A stretch of 64,000 nt of DNA, from contig CAWCMR010000025.1 in NCBI GenBank assembly GCA_963796685.1, positions 1,888,001-1,952,000 on the forward strand. The letters run 5' to 3'. Shown here in pieces: positions 46,661 to 56,312 of the stretch. The notes under the pieces were generated by a model, which was given only the letters and a program-made list of their open reading frames with translations, was not told the origin of the DNA and made no database searches. Numbering within the stretch: position 1 is the first letter of the stretch; each line of letters starts with the position of its first letter. A program made the position numbers and the translations under genes. Source of the stretch: an uncultured delta proteobacterium (GTDB taxonomy: Bacteria > Myxococcota_A > Polyangia > Fen-1088).

Positions 46661-47686
46661 CTAGAGGTCGATTATTTGCTTGAAACGTTTGACAGTCATC
46701 GGCCTCCGATTCGGACGGCTTTGGCGATGGAGGGCCCTGTGACAAGTGGGGCAGAGAGCAGCCAAATCCCCCTCAGTTATCTCCCGTCCCTTCTTGGGCG
46801 GTTGTCCGGCAAGGTGGTGTGCTTCAAGCACATTGGCGCCGTATCGCTTCACGACATTGGCCCCGCAAGCGTCACATATACCGCCTGCATTGTTGCGTAC
46901 GCGAGCTGCCAGTTGGGGATTGCGCTTGAAGATGGAAGCCACTTCTCTTTCGACCATGTACTCCCGGAACTTCTGTGTATGGCCCTTCGAGCGGGTGGAA
47001 ATGCTGAGCTTCTTGCTATCGTCCCCTTTTCCATAGTTCAGAATACACCTGATGACCGCGCGCTTCCATGCTAGACCTCGATCATCCTTCCGGTCCTTTC
47101 GATAGTATGTGAACTTGGCTCGTCCGAAGGCACCAGGCGACTTTCCTCCCGGGATTTCCCAGCAGCGTTCTTGAGGTGGTAGCAGAATGCCCGAAGTGGT
47201 CGGAGCTTTGCAGCAGTAGAGGGCGGAGCTAGTGCGCGAGGTTCCTTTCTTGAATTCCGGCCAATAGGTAGCGTCTGAATACCAGCCCACTACCACTTGC
47301 TTCTTGGTATTGAATCTAGCCATTGCTCCAACCGCGGCCTCAGCTGTTCGAAAAGCCTTCTCTTCGGGCGGTGGCCACGATGCTACGAATACAATCAGGA
47401 GACCATTGACTGCGATGCCCTTGCAGTGAGGCTCAAGCTTCTCTAGCTTTGGAAGGCCGCCATTGTTGGGGGGAAAGTAGCCGTAGAAGTGTCCGTTCCG
47501 TGGCGCAAAATTGAAGTCTTCAGCGCCGTTCTTCTTCCTCTTGACCCACTCCATCTCGGAGTAGATGGGATCCATTGGGGCGGGCCCGCGATATCGGAGC
47601 ATCCATCCAATCTTGACAAACAGGGCCTTCGTCGGAGGTGAGGGACGAGACACGCCAGCTTTCGTCATGGGCAGATATTGTACCAT
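46661..47686 (-). CDS. HNH endonuclease (McrA-like C-terminus) with uncharacterised N-terminal domain
   Basis: RN..L, CDACG, LEAHH, DLAALCPTCHRALH; visibly lower GC than flanks; start may be ATG 47668. Confidence 0.78.
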   Translation of the reverse strand: MVQYLPMTKAGVSRPSPPTKALFVKIGWMLRYRGPAPMDPIYSEMEWVKRKKNGAEDFNFAPRNGHFYGYFPPNNGGLPKLEKLEPHCKGIAVNGLLIVFVASWPPPEEKAFRTAEAAVGAMARFNTKKQVVVGWYSDATYWPEFKKGTSRTSSALYCCKAPTTSGILLPPQERCWEIPGGKSPGAFGRAKFTYYRKDRKDDRGLAWKRAVIRCILNYGKGDDSKKLSISTRSKGHTQKFREYMVEREVASIFKRNPQLAARVRNNAGGICDACGANVVKRYGANVLEAHHLAGQPPKKGREITEGDLAALCPTCHRALHRQSRPNRRPMTVKRFKQIIDL

Positions 47687-48112
47687 GAGGCATGCATGCC
47701 TGGAACCGCCATGTTGAGGGACCCTCCCATGTTGAAGACTGCCGATGAAGGACGCCCCGGTTAACGTGAACCAACGGGCGGTGCTGTCATTGCTCGGCCT
47801 GCCTTTCCATTCGAAGACCTGCAGCAGGGCGGAACACTGCCCACCACCCTCTCGCTCTTTGTCATGCCTCTGGGGAGGGCCATGTCCGTGATGGATAGAA
47901 GCGCGTCGCTATAGTGCAGCAACGCCTCCAGCAATTCGATCTCTTCCTCGGCGGCACCAATCTCACGCTGGAAGACCCTTCTCCTGTCCACGCCGAACAA
48001 CTCCAAGCCAAGGTCCTCGCCGCGCCCGCAAATCGCTTGCCGGGCTGTCCCTCGCCGTTCACCAATAGCCTGGCTGGTGAGTCGGCGCCAACGTGTCTGA
48101 TGCACGCCAACG

Positions 48113-49402
48113 CTAGGACCCGCCTCCAACGCCGCAGGCCAGGGCCTGCGCAATTATCTCACCCTTCGCCGAGTCCCCTACCTCCACGATTCTGGCAACC
48201 CTGTTCAGATCAAACGGCCGTAGCGCCACCTCCGGCGACTTACTGCAATCTCCACATGGCCCAATCTCGATGATGGCCTCCCGACTCGCGCTATCAGCGC
48301 ACGGAAATACAATCGCCGCCTTCCCCCCTTGCCCTTGACTGAGGGCATACACCGCGAGCTGGTACAGCATCTCCCTCGGCAGCTCTGTCTCCCAGAGATC
48401 GCGGTACTTCGCATCGAGGAAGGTGACGATCTTCCCGCCTCGCCGAACGGTGAAATCTGGACGCGGCGAAGGTGAACGGCGGCCCCTCGGATTGTAATCG
48501 GGGAGGTATCGCATGAAAGCGGCGAGCGGCTCCTCTTCGGACACGTCGAAGTCGTGCAGGTGCTCGCGGAGAAACCGTGCGACCAGGGCTTGGAAGAAGC
48601 GGTTCATGTCGAAGAGGAAACCTGGAACCCGGACGCCGCGGCTCCCTTCGAGAGCAAGCCACGTCGAGGAGTGTAGAAGCTCGATCAGTCGAAGCGCGGA
48701 AGAATATGCGGAGGTCATGCGGGTAATCCCGCGCTCTGCTTGCACCAGCGTGTCGCGCGCAAGCTCGACTGGCTCGGCAAGCTGGGCCAGCGTCCTCGCC
48801 ACGCGCTTCAGCTCCCAAACGAGATCGCGATCGCTTGCAACCTCCGCGGCGAGCGTCACGCCGGAGCGCAGAATCCTGTTCAAAAGGTGATCGGTCGAGC
48901 GCGGGAATTCCTGGCACGGGACGCTCGCCTGGTCCCAATCCGGCCGCAGCGCGAACTGGCCGAAGTTGATTCGGCCCCGAGGAGCGGCAAGCTCGCAATC
49001 GCGTCGGATGTAGCGACGAGCCAAGCCTCTGTCGATGATTTCACGCGCCTCGCTGAGTAGCTGCGCCGCCAGCAGATCCTGAAATAGGCTACCGGCGGAT
49101 TGGTACTCCGCCATCCCGAACAGGCGAAGGTCGCGAAGCCCGTAGGCGTAGCGAACGAGTCGGAGCAGCTTTCCCGCCTCCAGCTTGGGCTCAATCGTGA
49201 TGGTCAGGTCGCCGACTTGTACTCGCCCGACGTGGGCGAATGCGCTCACCTCGAGGCCCCGGCGTAGCTCTCGTATGCGAAGTAGCCCCCGACGGCCGAG
49301 CTCGTCGACCAGATGTTGCGCCGCCACATCCTCGACGGTGCGTTCGCGCAGCTCGGCCGTGTCTGGTCCCTTCGTCTGCCATTCTGTCAGGCGAAGGTCC
49401 AC
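48113..49402 (-). CDS. mcrC: McrC-family restriction nuclease subunit
   Basis: VGRVQVG.LTI.IEPK, PRGRI, FLFDMNRFFQ, RPDF..FLDAKYR, YQLAVYA. Confidence 0.88.
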   Translation of the reverse strand: MDLRLTEWQTKGPDTAELRERTVEDVAAQHLVDELGRRGLLRIRELRRGLEVSAFAHVGRVQVGDLTITIEPKLEAGKLLRLVRYAYGLRDLRLFGMAEYQSAGSLFQDLLAAQLLSEAREIIDRGLARRYIRRDCELAAPRGRINFGQFALRPDWDQASVPCQEFPRSTDHLLNRILRSGVTLAAEVASDRDLVWELKRVARTLAQLAEPVELARDTLVQAERGITRMTSAYSSALRLIELLHSSTWLALEGSRGVRVPGFLFDMNRFFQALVARFLREHLHDFDVSEEEPLAAFMRYLPDYNPRGRRSPSPRPDFTVRRGGKIVTFLDAKYRDLWETELPREMLYQLAVYALSQGQGGKAAIVFPCADSASREAIIEIGPCGDCSKSPEVALRPFDLNRVARIVEVGDSAKGEIIAQALACGVGGGS

Positions 49403-49404
49403 GC

Positions 49405-49604
49405 TTACCCTCCGGTCCCGACCTCATCACCTTCGTCGTCGTCCGACTCTCCAGGCCCAGTAGGCCCATTCCCTCTGCCTTCCACCTCAGCCGCTTCCAT
49501 GGTTGCAGTAATCTCCGGGAAGCCTTCGAGAAGCCTCTCGCACAGAATCTCCAGTCTCGCCGGCTCGAACAAGGACTGGTCGATTCTTCGTTGCTTCACG
49601 TCGA
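49405..49604 (-). pseudogene. mcrB: Detached C-terminal ~66 codons of mcrB
   Basis: Joins in frame to 51646 once the IS and one CTAG copy are removed (LGPGL|VDVKQRRID...). Confidence 0.8.
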
Positions 49605-49843
49605 CTAGCGTGAGTTTACCGGACGAGCGCTGGTTTGAGCTCTGAGCCACCGCGCCAGGGCCACTGTTTTCCGTCGGTGACCATGGTGTGTGTCCACGCC
49701 CGCGCAGCGTATATACTAACTAATGTTGGTCAGCTTCTCGGCGTTTGTCCACCCGCAGACACAACATGTCGACGGTGACGCGGGAGAGGTTGGTCGCGCA
49801 TATTTGCTTGCCTTGATATGTTTTGCTGGTGTATATACTAACA

Positions 49844-51559
49844 ATGGCAAGCCTGCAGCGAGTCCACGTTCGCGGCCACACCTACTGGCGCATCGTCGAG
49901 TCCCACCGTGTTGGCGGAAAGCCCCGTCTCTCCGTGGTTGCCCACCTCGGCAAGGCCGATGATTTGCTCCTCAGGCTCAAGGCCGCCGATTCCCTTCGCA
50001 TCAAGTCCCTCTCCCATGGCGCCGTCGCGGCTATTCTCGCAGTGGCTCGCGAGCTCGACGTTGCCGGCACGATCGACCGTCACCTGGCCACCGGCGGGCG
50101 TCGAGACCGACATGCCTCGCGCCATGTCCCTGACCCACGGCGCCGCCCCGAACGCCATGATGGTCTCAGCGCTGGTCAGACCTTCGAGTTGGGCTGTGTC
50201 GGCAGGGCTTGTCATGCTACGAGTAAGCGAGCTTTTGCCGAGTGGGCACGCTCGACGACTCTGGGCGAGCTCGCCAAGATAGACGTCGACCTGCTTTCCA
50301 GTCAGCACTTCTGGGATCAGATGGACCAATTGCCGGTTGAGATCCTTGCATCCGTAGAACGCGAAATCGTAGGCCGTGCTTTGGAGCGCTTCGATCTCAA
50401 GCTCGACACAGTCCTCTACGACGCCACCAATTTTTTCACCTTCATCGATTCCACGAATACCCGCCCCAAGCTCCCCGCACGCGGCCACAACAAACAGAAG
50501 CGACATGACTTGCGCCAGCTTGGCGTTGCACTCTTGTGCACCCGCGATGAAGGGGTGCCGCTTTTCCACCGGACTTATGGCGGTGAAGTCCACGATGCGC
50601 GATCGTTTGCCGACCTCATCCCGACGATTCAGGAACGCCTCGTCGAGATTGGCCGAGATTTGCAGTCCATGACCATGGTGTACGACAAGGGCAACGTCTC
50701 GCGGGCGAACCAGGAGCGCGTGGATGCGTCGAGGATTCATTACGTTGCCTCTCTTGCTGTCTCGAATCAGCGTCCCCTTATCACGGAAGCGAATTCGCAC
50801 CTTGAGTCCGTCAAGCTCAGCGAGAAGGAATCCGTCCAGGCCTACCGCACCCGACGAAAGGTCTGGGGCGCTGAACGCACCGTCGTAGTCGTGGTCTCCG
50901 AATCGTTTCGTGCGGGGCAGCTGCGAGGGGTCCTCCAGCACATAGCCTCCGCGCAGAAGTGGCTCGACCATCTGGCCAACACGTTGGCGCGGGGCAGGCA
51001 ACGACGTTCGCGCGAGGCCATTGAGCGCGACATCCAGACCCGACTAATGGGACGCCAGCACCTGCAACAGGTCATCCGATGGGAGCTGACTGGAGACAAG
51101 CAGCTCTCGCTCAAGCACGAGGTCGATGCCCAAGCGATTGAGGCTCTGTCACGCGACGTGCTCGGTCACCTCATCCTCATGACCGATAGGGACACTTGGT
51201 CCACCGAGGACATCATCCGCGCTTACCGCGGTCAGGCCCACGTCGAGGCCGTCTTCGCTCATCTCAAGGATCCTATGCACGTGATGCTTCGGCCTCAGTA
51301 CCACTGGACCGACCAGAAACTCCATGTCCACGTCTTCATGTGCGTTGTCGCCTATCTGCTCGCCCGACTTCTTCATCTCCGCGCTCAGCGTGCAGGCTAC
51401 CGCCACTGCCAAGAGGCCTTGCTCGACGGCCTCGCACAGATCAGAAAGGCCACCGTCATCCGCACGACCTCCAAGAAATCACTACGCACGACCACCCAAC
51501 TCGAGGACATTCAACCTGATCTCCAGAGCCTCGTGGACCAGCTCGGGGTTGCCCTCTAA
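49844..51559 (+). CDS. DDE transposase (IS1634-like)
   Basis: TYWRIVES.RV.GKPR, LYDATN, GHNKQKR.DL.Q, VYDKG, Y..Q..VE..F..LK, RP.YHW....L..H. Confidence 0.9.
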   Translation: MASLQRVHVRGHTYWRIVESHRVGGKPRLSVVAHLGKADDLLLRLKAADSLRIKSLSHGAVAAILAVARELDVAGTIDRHLATGGRRDRHASRHVPDPRRRPERHDGLSAGQTFELGCVGRACHATSKRAFAEWARSTTLGELAKIDVDLLSSQHFWDQMDQLPVEILASVEREIVGRALERFDLKLDTVLYDATNFFTFIDSTNTRPKLPARGHNKQKRHDLRQLGVALLCTRDEGVPLFHRTYGGEVHDARSFADLIPTIQERLVEIGRDLQSMTMVYDKGNVSRANQERVDASRIHYVASLAVSNQRPLITEANSHLESVKLSEKESVQAYRTRRKVWGAERTVVVVVSESFRAGQLRGVLQHIASAQKWLDHLANTLARGRQRRSREAIERDIQTRLMGRQHLQQVIRWELTGDKQLSLKHEVDAQAIEALSRDVLGHLILMTDRDTWSTEDIIRAYRGQAHVEAVFAHLKDPMHVMLRPQYHWTDQKLHVHVFMCVVAYLLARLLHLRAQRAGYRHCQEALLDGLAQIRKATVIRTTSKKSLRTTTQLEDIQPDLQSLVDQLGVAL

Positions 51560-51570
51560 AATTAGTATAT

Positions 51571-51616
51571 ACGTCCAACTACACAGAATTGTCTGCAATT
51601 CTGTGTAGTTGGACGT
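51571..51616. repeat. Perfect 21-bp-arm hairpin downstream of the transposase
   Basis: ACGTCCAACTACACAGAATTG-TCTG-CAATTCTGTGTAGTTGGACGT. Confidence 0.85.
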
Positions 51617-51640
51617 CCCTTCTCCCCTCGTCCGGTAAAC

Positions 51641-54148
51641 TCACGCTAGGCCCGGACCGAGGAGCGTCGACAGCGTCTGGAAGTCCTCGTAGCAGTACTC
51701 CGACAGCAGTGGGATGATGTCGTCCCTGAGTATTTCGGCGAACCGCGCGAGTTGCGTCACAGGCGCGCCGCCCTCCAGCAGATACGAATGGCCAACCTGC
51801 AAATGACGGGCGTCGCGGCCAACGTGCTTCGCGATCCGCCGGTTCAGCTCATCCAGCCACGGGCCCAGCGGAATTCCTCCCACCGTGGCGCCTTTGAGCA
51901 AGTCCGTGTCGGGCATCAGCTCGATGAACGCGAACCGGCGACGGAGAGCCGCATCGAGAAGGGCGATCGATCGGTCCGCCGTGTTCATGGTTCCGATCAC
52001 GTACACGTTCTCCGGCACGACAAGTTGTTCGCCGCTAACCGGTAGCGTGACCGGCTGGCCGCGCTTGTCCTTCTCCAATGCCACCAGCAGCTCCCCGAAT
52101 ATTCTCGGGATGTCGCCGCGGTTAATCTCGTCGATGACCAGGAAGAACGAGCGCTGTTTCTCGGCACGCGCCCGCGCGCAAATCGCTTTGAAGATGCCGC
52201 TGCGAAGCTCGTAGCCGATGCGCCCATCCTGACGGGCGACGGGGCGATAGCCCTCGATGAAGTCCTCATAGCCGTATGCCGGGTGGAAGCAGCAAGTCTC
52301 CACGGACCTCGATTCGGCCAAGGCTTGGCGCTGCTCCGGTGTCAGCTCCTGCAACGTGGACTTGAAGCGATCGCGTACCGCCAGCTCGCTCGCCGTCCTC
52401 ATCGCCCAGTATGTCTTTCCGGTCCCGGGCGGCCCGTAGAGGATAACCTGACGCTTGCGGTCCAGTGCCGCCTGAATGTGAGCCTGCACTCCTTCGAGCG
52501 GCTGCGGTGCGCGGCGAACGCCGCCCATGCTAGACGGTCCCGTCTCGACTGTTCCCGAGGTCTGATCCAGAACCCGCCGCTCCGCCTCGACCAGATTCTC
52601 CGGATGGCGTCGCAGCGCCACGAAGGTCGTTCGCAGTCCCTCCGGATTCGGGCTCTGCCACTCGCCCAGATTCAACCAGCGGACAGGCCGTTGGTGCGGG
52701 CACTCCACGCCCGGCTTGTAGATGTATGGCCCGGCGATCTCCGCCACGCCCAACACGCGCCCGCCCTGCATCGCGAGCACGACATCGCGAGGCTCGGGGC
52801 GCTGGGCGAAGCGAAGAAGCTCGCTGACCTGTCGGCCGATGGATGTCGGCGTTGAAGGATAGGTCTCCTCCATCAGCTTGCGAAGGTCATCCTGCGGCTT
52901 CGGGCTCTCGAGTAGAGGTCGAAGGTCCGGAAGCTTTGCCCAACCAACCGCGATGACGTTCTCGACCTGCATGACCGGCCAGTACTCCCCAGCCTCGCCT
53001 GTACCCACACGCCAGTACGAGTATGGGGTACCGTGCAGCCGGTTCAGGACGGTTGTCAGCGTCGTCACCGCCCATCCAAGTTGGCGAGCAATGGCAAGGA
53101 AAAGCTCAGCGTTCCTATATCTGCCCCCTCTCGGCATTTGGAGAAGCTTGACGAGGTGGAATTCCTGATAGTGGAGCGCGTGGTAGTCGTCGAGAATCTC
53201 TGGGAACAGAACGCTGAAGTACTTGTGCCCCCATGCCGTGTCCGCGAGGTTGGGAGCTGCTTCGCTCAGACGCCGTTCGAGACTCTCGTAGTCGACCGAC
53301 GCCGGATTCGCATTGTACTCGGCCAGGACGGCGGCCCCTGCCACCAACTCGTTGCGTTGGCTGAGGGTCTGGGCAATCGCCTCGTCAACGGACACCGTCC
53401 TTTGCTGCTGGGCCGATCCAGCCATCCACAGCCTCGTCTCGGTGCTTTGATAGATGCCGAACTTCAGGGCGCTGCCACCAGAGATGCTGCCGAACTGCGC
53501 GGGGAACTCCTCGTCGTTCTTGAACTCCAGCCAATACACGAGGCTGTCCTTGTTTCCGCGGCTGTGCATTTTCAGCAGCAGATCTTCGCCTTGGATGCCC
53601 GACAGGATCTCCGGCCCGAACCGCCGACGGAAGTTGTCGTAGCACTGGCGCAGCCGCTCCCCAGTGAGGAGCTCGCCTTTCGCCTCCAACGCCTGATGGC
53701 GCCCGCGCAATCGCTCCAAGACCTTGGGTGCCAGCTCAGGTTCGGCGTCTCCCCGACGATCCGACGACGGCCGCGAACGGCCAGCGACTTCTGCCGACAG
53801 GGCGTACTCATCCACGTTGCCCGCCGTGGCCCCCTCCTCGGTGAGCTGCCATAAGCCACGGCTTGGGTTCGTCACCAACCCCGCCGCCTTCAAGTAGCTG
53901 CGCGCCCAGGCCATCCGGTACTCAACCTCGGACTGTCCGTCGGGCACCGCAGGATCATGTGGCACGCCCAGCACGCCCTCGGATAGCTTCAAGTCTCGCG
54001 TGACTCTTTCGTCGATGGCGGAGATCGGCCCGCCGCCGCCTAGGTCGCGCAGAGCCTTCAGAATGGGGTTCATGTACGTCTGGTACACGGGAACCGCTGG
54101 CCCCTCCCGATCGAAATGTGTCTCTCTATCCGTCATTTCGCTCTCCAT
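51641..54148 (-). CDS. mcrB: Mrr N-terminal domain-McrB GTPase fusion, truncated by the IS (900 aa when restored)
   Basis: VP.Y...MNPILKAL..RMAWARSYLK.AGL....RG.W.LT (Mrr_N); GPPGTGKT, FHP.YGYEDFIEG, DEINRG, MNTADRS, ALRRRF, GHSY. Confidence 0.88.
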   Translation of the reverse strand: MESEMTDRETHFDREGPAVPVYQTYMNPILKALRDLGGGGPISAIDERVTRDLKLSEGVLGVPHDPAVPDGQSEVEYRMAWARSYLKAAGLVTNPSRGLWQLTEEGATAGNVDEYALSAEVAGRSRPSSDRRGDAEPELAPKVLERLRGRHQALEAKGELLTGERLRQCYDNFRRRFGPEILSGIQGEDLLLKMHSRGNKDSLVYWLEFKNDEEFPAQFGSISGGSALKFGIYQSTETRLWMAGSAQQQRTVSVDEAIAQTLSQRNELVAGAAVLAEYNANPASVDYESLERRLSEAAPNLADTAWGHKYFSVLFPEILDDYHALHYQEFHLVKLLQMPRGGRYRNAELFLAIARQLGWAVTTLTTVLNRLHGTPYSYWRVGTGEAGEYWPVMQVENVIAVGWAKLPDLRPLLESPKPQDDLRKLMEETYPSTPTSIGRQVSELLRFAQRPEPRDVVLAMQGGRVLGVAEIAGPYIYKPGVECPHQRPVRWLNLGEWQSPNPEGLRTTFVALRRHPENLVEAERRVLDQTSGTVETGPSSMGGVRRAPQPLEGVQAHIQAALDRKRQVILYGPPGTGKTYWAMRTASELAVRDRFKSTLQELTPEQRQALAESRSVETCCFHPAYGYEDFIEGYRPVARQDGRIGYELRSGIFKAICARARAEKQRSFFLVIDEINRGDIPRIFGELLVALEKDKRGQPVTLPVSGEQLVVPENVYVIGTMNTADRSIALLDAALRRRFAFIELMPDTDLLKGATVGGIPLGPWLDELNRRIAKHVGRDARHLQVGHSYLLEGGAPVTQLARFAEILRDDIIPLLSEYCYEDFQTLSTLLGPGLA

Positions 54149-54163
54149 GGTCCCATGTCCAAG

Positions 54164-54652
54164 CTAGGGACCTGTGGCCGCATCTCGCAATGCCTGCAGC
54201 AAGTTCGCGATTCTCCGTGCAACCACGTCGATCTCCTGGCCCTCTCCGCAGTCCGCACCGACGGAGAAGATCGCCTGAGCGACTGCCTGGTCAAGGAACG
54301 GCCCCAGATCTTCACGGCTCTTCAATGCCGACACCCTGTTGACAACGCCACCTCCTGGTTGAGCCCCCGCCCAGGCGCGCAGGGTAAGTTTGCCAGGATG
54401 AACAATCGCAGGATCGTTAGCCCAGAACCACACATGGGGAACCTCAAAGGATTCGATTGTCCAATACCGGTACCGTGATCCGGGAAATCCGGTGGTCTTC
54501 TCCCGGATTTCCTCGCCAAGCACCCTAGCGGCTGCGTCTCTAAGGCTACTGAGCATTTCGTTCACGCATTTCTCGAACGCAGCGGCGGCCTCCTGAACGA
54601 CCTTCGCATGCTCACCGTAGAGACGTGCCAATTCTGTGAACTTGATTTGCAT
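54164..54652 (-). CDS. Hypothetical protein (162 aa)
   Basis: GGAGGG RBS, TAATG overlap with the upstream gene; inside the defence operon. Confidence 0.65.
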   Translation of the reverse strand: MQIKFTELARLYGEHAKVVQEAAAAFEKCVNEMLSSLRDAAARVLGEEIREKTTGFPGSRYRYWTIESFEVPHVWFWANDPAIVHPGKLTLRAWAGAQPGGGVVNRVSALKSREDLGPFLDQAVAQAIFSVGADCGEGQEIDVVARRIANLLQALRDAATGP

Positions 54653-55539
54653 TATGCCCTCCATCCAAGCAAGCGGACGATCGCGAACAGAGCGCCAAAG
54701 TCGATTCCAGCACAGGGAGCCGCGATTTTCCTCCCAGGGTCTGACTCCCATCGGGTGATGTCCTCCAGCGCGGGGAAAAGATCGCGCTGGGGGAGGTCGG
54801 CGTGCCGTACGAAGTGGGTAAGGACGATTCCGAAGGCAACTCGAAGATCGGCTGGCACCTGCTGACGTTCAAGTGCCTCCGCGAGACTCAGTACGACTCC
54901 GAAGAAACTGGCTGAGCGTGCCGCGGGGTTGGCAGCGGCTGCATTGTCCAGGGTTAGGAAGATCACCTCGACTTGCCGTGCCTCCCTCTGCAACCTTCGA
55001 AGCACCGCGTCCGCATAGGCGTAGGTCTGCATCCGACCGCTGGGAGTGGCATGCTCCGCGGTTCCAGTCTTAGCTTCGATGACGAGTGTGAAGTCGTCGA
55101 AGGCAAACACCAGATCGGGGATTCCGTCCTCCGTGGCGAGCCATGGCTGAGGCAGAACGGGTCTGTTGATCCGGTTCTCAATACCTACGTGCTGGAGCAG
55201 CGCCTGCTGTCGCAATAGCGCGGTTGGAGGATGGGTCGAGGGATCGAGGGCCCAGGCTATCAGCCGAGTGTAGGAGTTCTCGATGGAGGTTGCGCCGATG
55301 ACCGAGACGAGGTCGTGTTCAACTCGCCAGCGACAAGCAATCTCAGCCACGTTACGCAGTTGTTGCGCATGGCACACAGCTTGTCTTGTCAGACACTTGG
55401 TCGCTTCCTCGACGAAGCTTCGAAAGCTCTCGGTCTTGGGTCGGGATTGCGCGAGCTGCCGTTCCCTCGTGGCAGCCACAAGCGGCTCTGCCTTCGACAC
55501 AAAGGCCGCAAAAGCCGCAAATGTTCCTTGCGCGTTCAT
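54652..55539 (-). CDS. PD-(D/E)XK nuclease family protein
   Basis: ENSYTRLIAWALDP...H, GIPDLV, LVIEAK, Q...Y; ATGA overlap. Confidence 0.75.
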   Translation of the reverse strand: MNAQGTFAAFAAFVSKAEPLVAATRERQLAQSRPKTESFRSFVEEATKCLTRQAVCHAQQLRNVAEIACRWRVEHDLVSVIGATSIENSYTRLIAWALDPSTHPPTALLRQQALLQHVGIENRINRPVLPQPWLATEDGIPDLVFAFDDFTLVIEAKTGTAEHATPSGRMQTYAYADAVLRRLQREARQVEVIFLTLDNAAAANPAARSASFFGVVLSLAEALERQQVPADLRVAFGIVLTHFVRHADLPQRDLFPALEDITRWESDPGRKIAAPCAGIDFGALFAIVRLLGWRA

Positions 55540-56312
55540 GATCCCCTCCCCTTGAACTCCCACTCCCGATGCCACTTCAAATACCCCCGGTGCCCCTCCG
55601 CCAGCCGGCTCACCCGCAGAGGCAGCGCCAGCCCCAGGTGGTTCCGGTCAGGCGGGGCCAACTGCGCCGACACGACAACCTCCCCGTCATCCGTCACGGT
55701 GATGAACCCCGCGTCGAACGCAGCGTCCAGATGTGGTGCCAGCAGCAACCCGTTGAAGACGTCCAGCCGTTCGGCGTCGGTATCGCACTTGGCCCAGGGC
55801 TTGATGTGGCTCGCGCGCAGCAGCTCGGGCACTGCCAGCCCGGTCACGGCGCAGCGGCCGTCCCAGTAGTCGAGCAGGCCGGCGCGGAAGACGTCTTGGC
55901 CGACGCGCTGGATGACCAGGCGCTCGGCCTCGGTGGTGCGGGGCATGGCCGCGGTTCGATTCTCGAACTGAATCAGTAGCTCGTCTGGCAGGGTGCGGGA
56001 GAGCTGGAAGGAGCGGCGGACCAGGCGATGCAGGGCCGGGATGTCGACGACGGATCGGGCCGCGGCGGCGCCGGTGGGCAAGGGCGAGAGCACGGTGCTG
56101 CCCAGCTCGGCCAGGGCGCGGGCCACGTTGGCCTGCGAGAAGGCGGCGATGAACAGGGCGTCGCTGAAGGTGGACAGCCACAGGCGCAGCGGTGCCTGGG
56201 TGCTGGCGTAGGCGAGCCAGTTGCCCTCGCGCGGCAGCTCGCGGTCGAATCCGTTGTCGACGGCGACTTTCTCCAGCAGGGTGGCGATGGCGGGCGTCAG
56301 GGAGATGGTCAT
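55536..56312 (-). CDS. HNH endonuclease
   Basis: RVGQ..FR..L, CAVTG, LRASHIKPW, D..NGLLL...LD..FD.G. Confidence 0.88.
   Translation of the reverse strand: MTISLTPAIATLLEKVAVDNGFDRELPREGNWLAYASTQAPLRLWLSTFSDALFIAAFSQANVARALAELGSTVLSPLPTGAAAARSVVDIPALHRLVRRSFQLSRTLPDELLIQFENRTAAMPRTTEAERLVIQRVGQDVFRAGLLDYWDGRCAVTGLAVPELLRASHIKPWAKCDTDAERLDVFNGLLLAPHLDAAFDAGFITVTDDGEVVVSAQLAPPDRNHLGLALPLRVSRLAEGHRGYLKWHREWEFKGRGS

Larger units (their letters stand above)
49609..51645 (+). mobile_element. IS1634-family-like insertion sequence, 2037 bp
   Basis: Perfect 19-bp TIRs CGTGAGTTTACCGGACGAG (49609-49627 / 51627-51645); CTAG duplicated at 49605-49608 and 51646-51649; single transposase. Confidence 0.9.

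Noticed and set aside
47700-48110. Short ORFs between the HNH gene and mcrC
   Set aside because: No motifs, RBS or consistent coding signal; treated as intergenic or remnant
49405-49650. Stand-alone 81-aa gene upstream of mcrC
   Set aside because: It is the mcrB tail read through from the IS end
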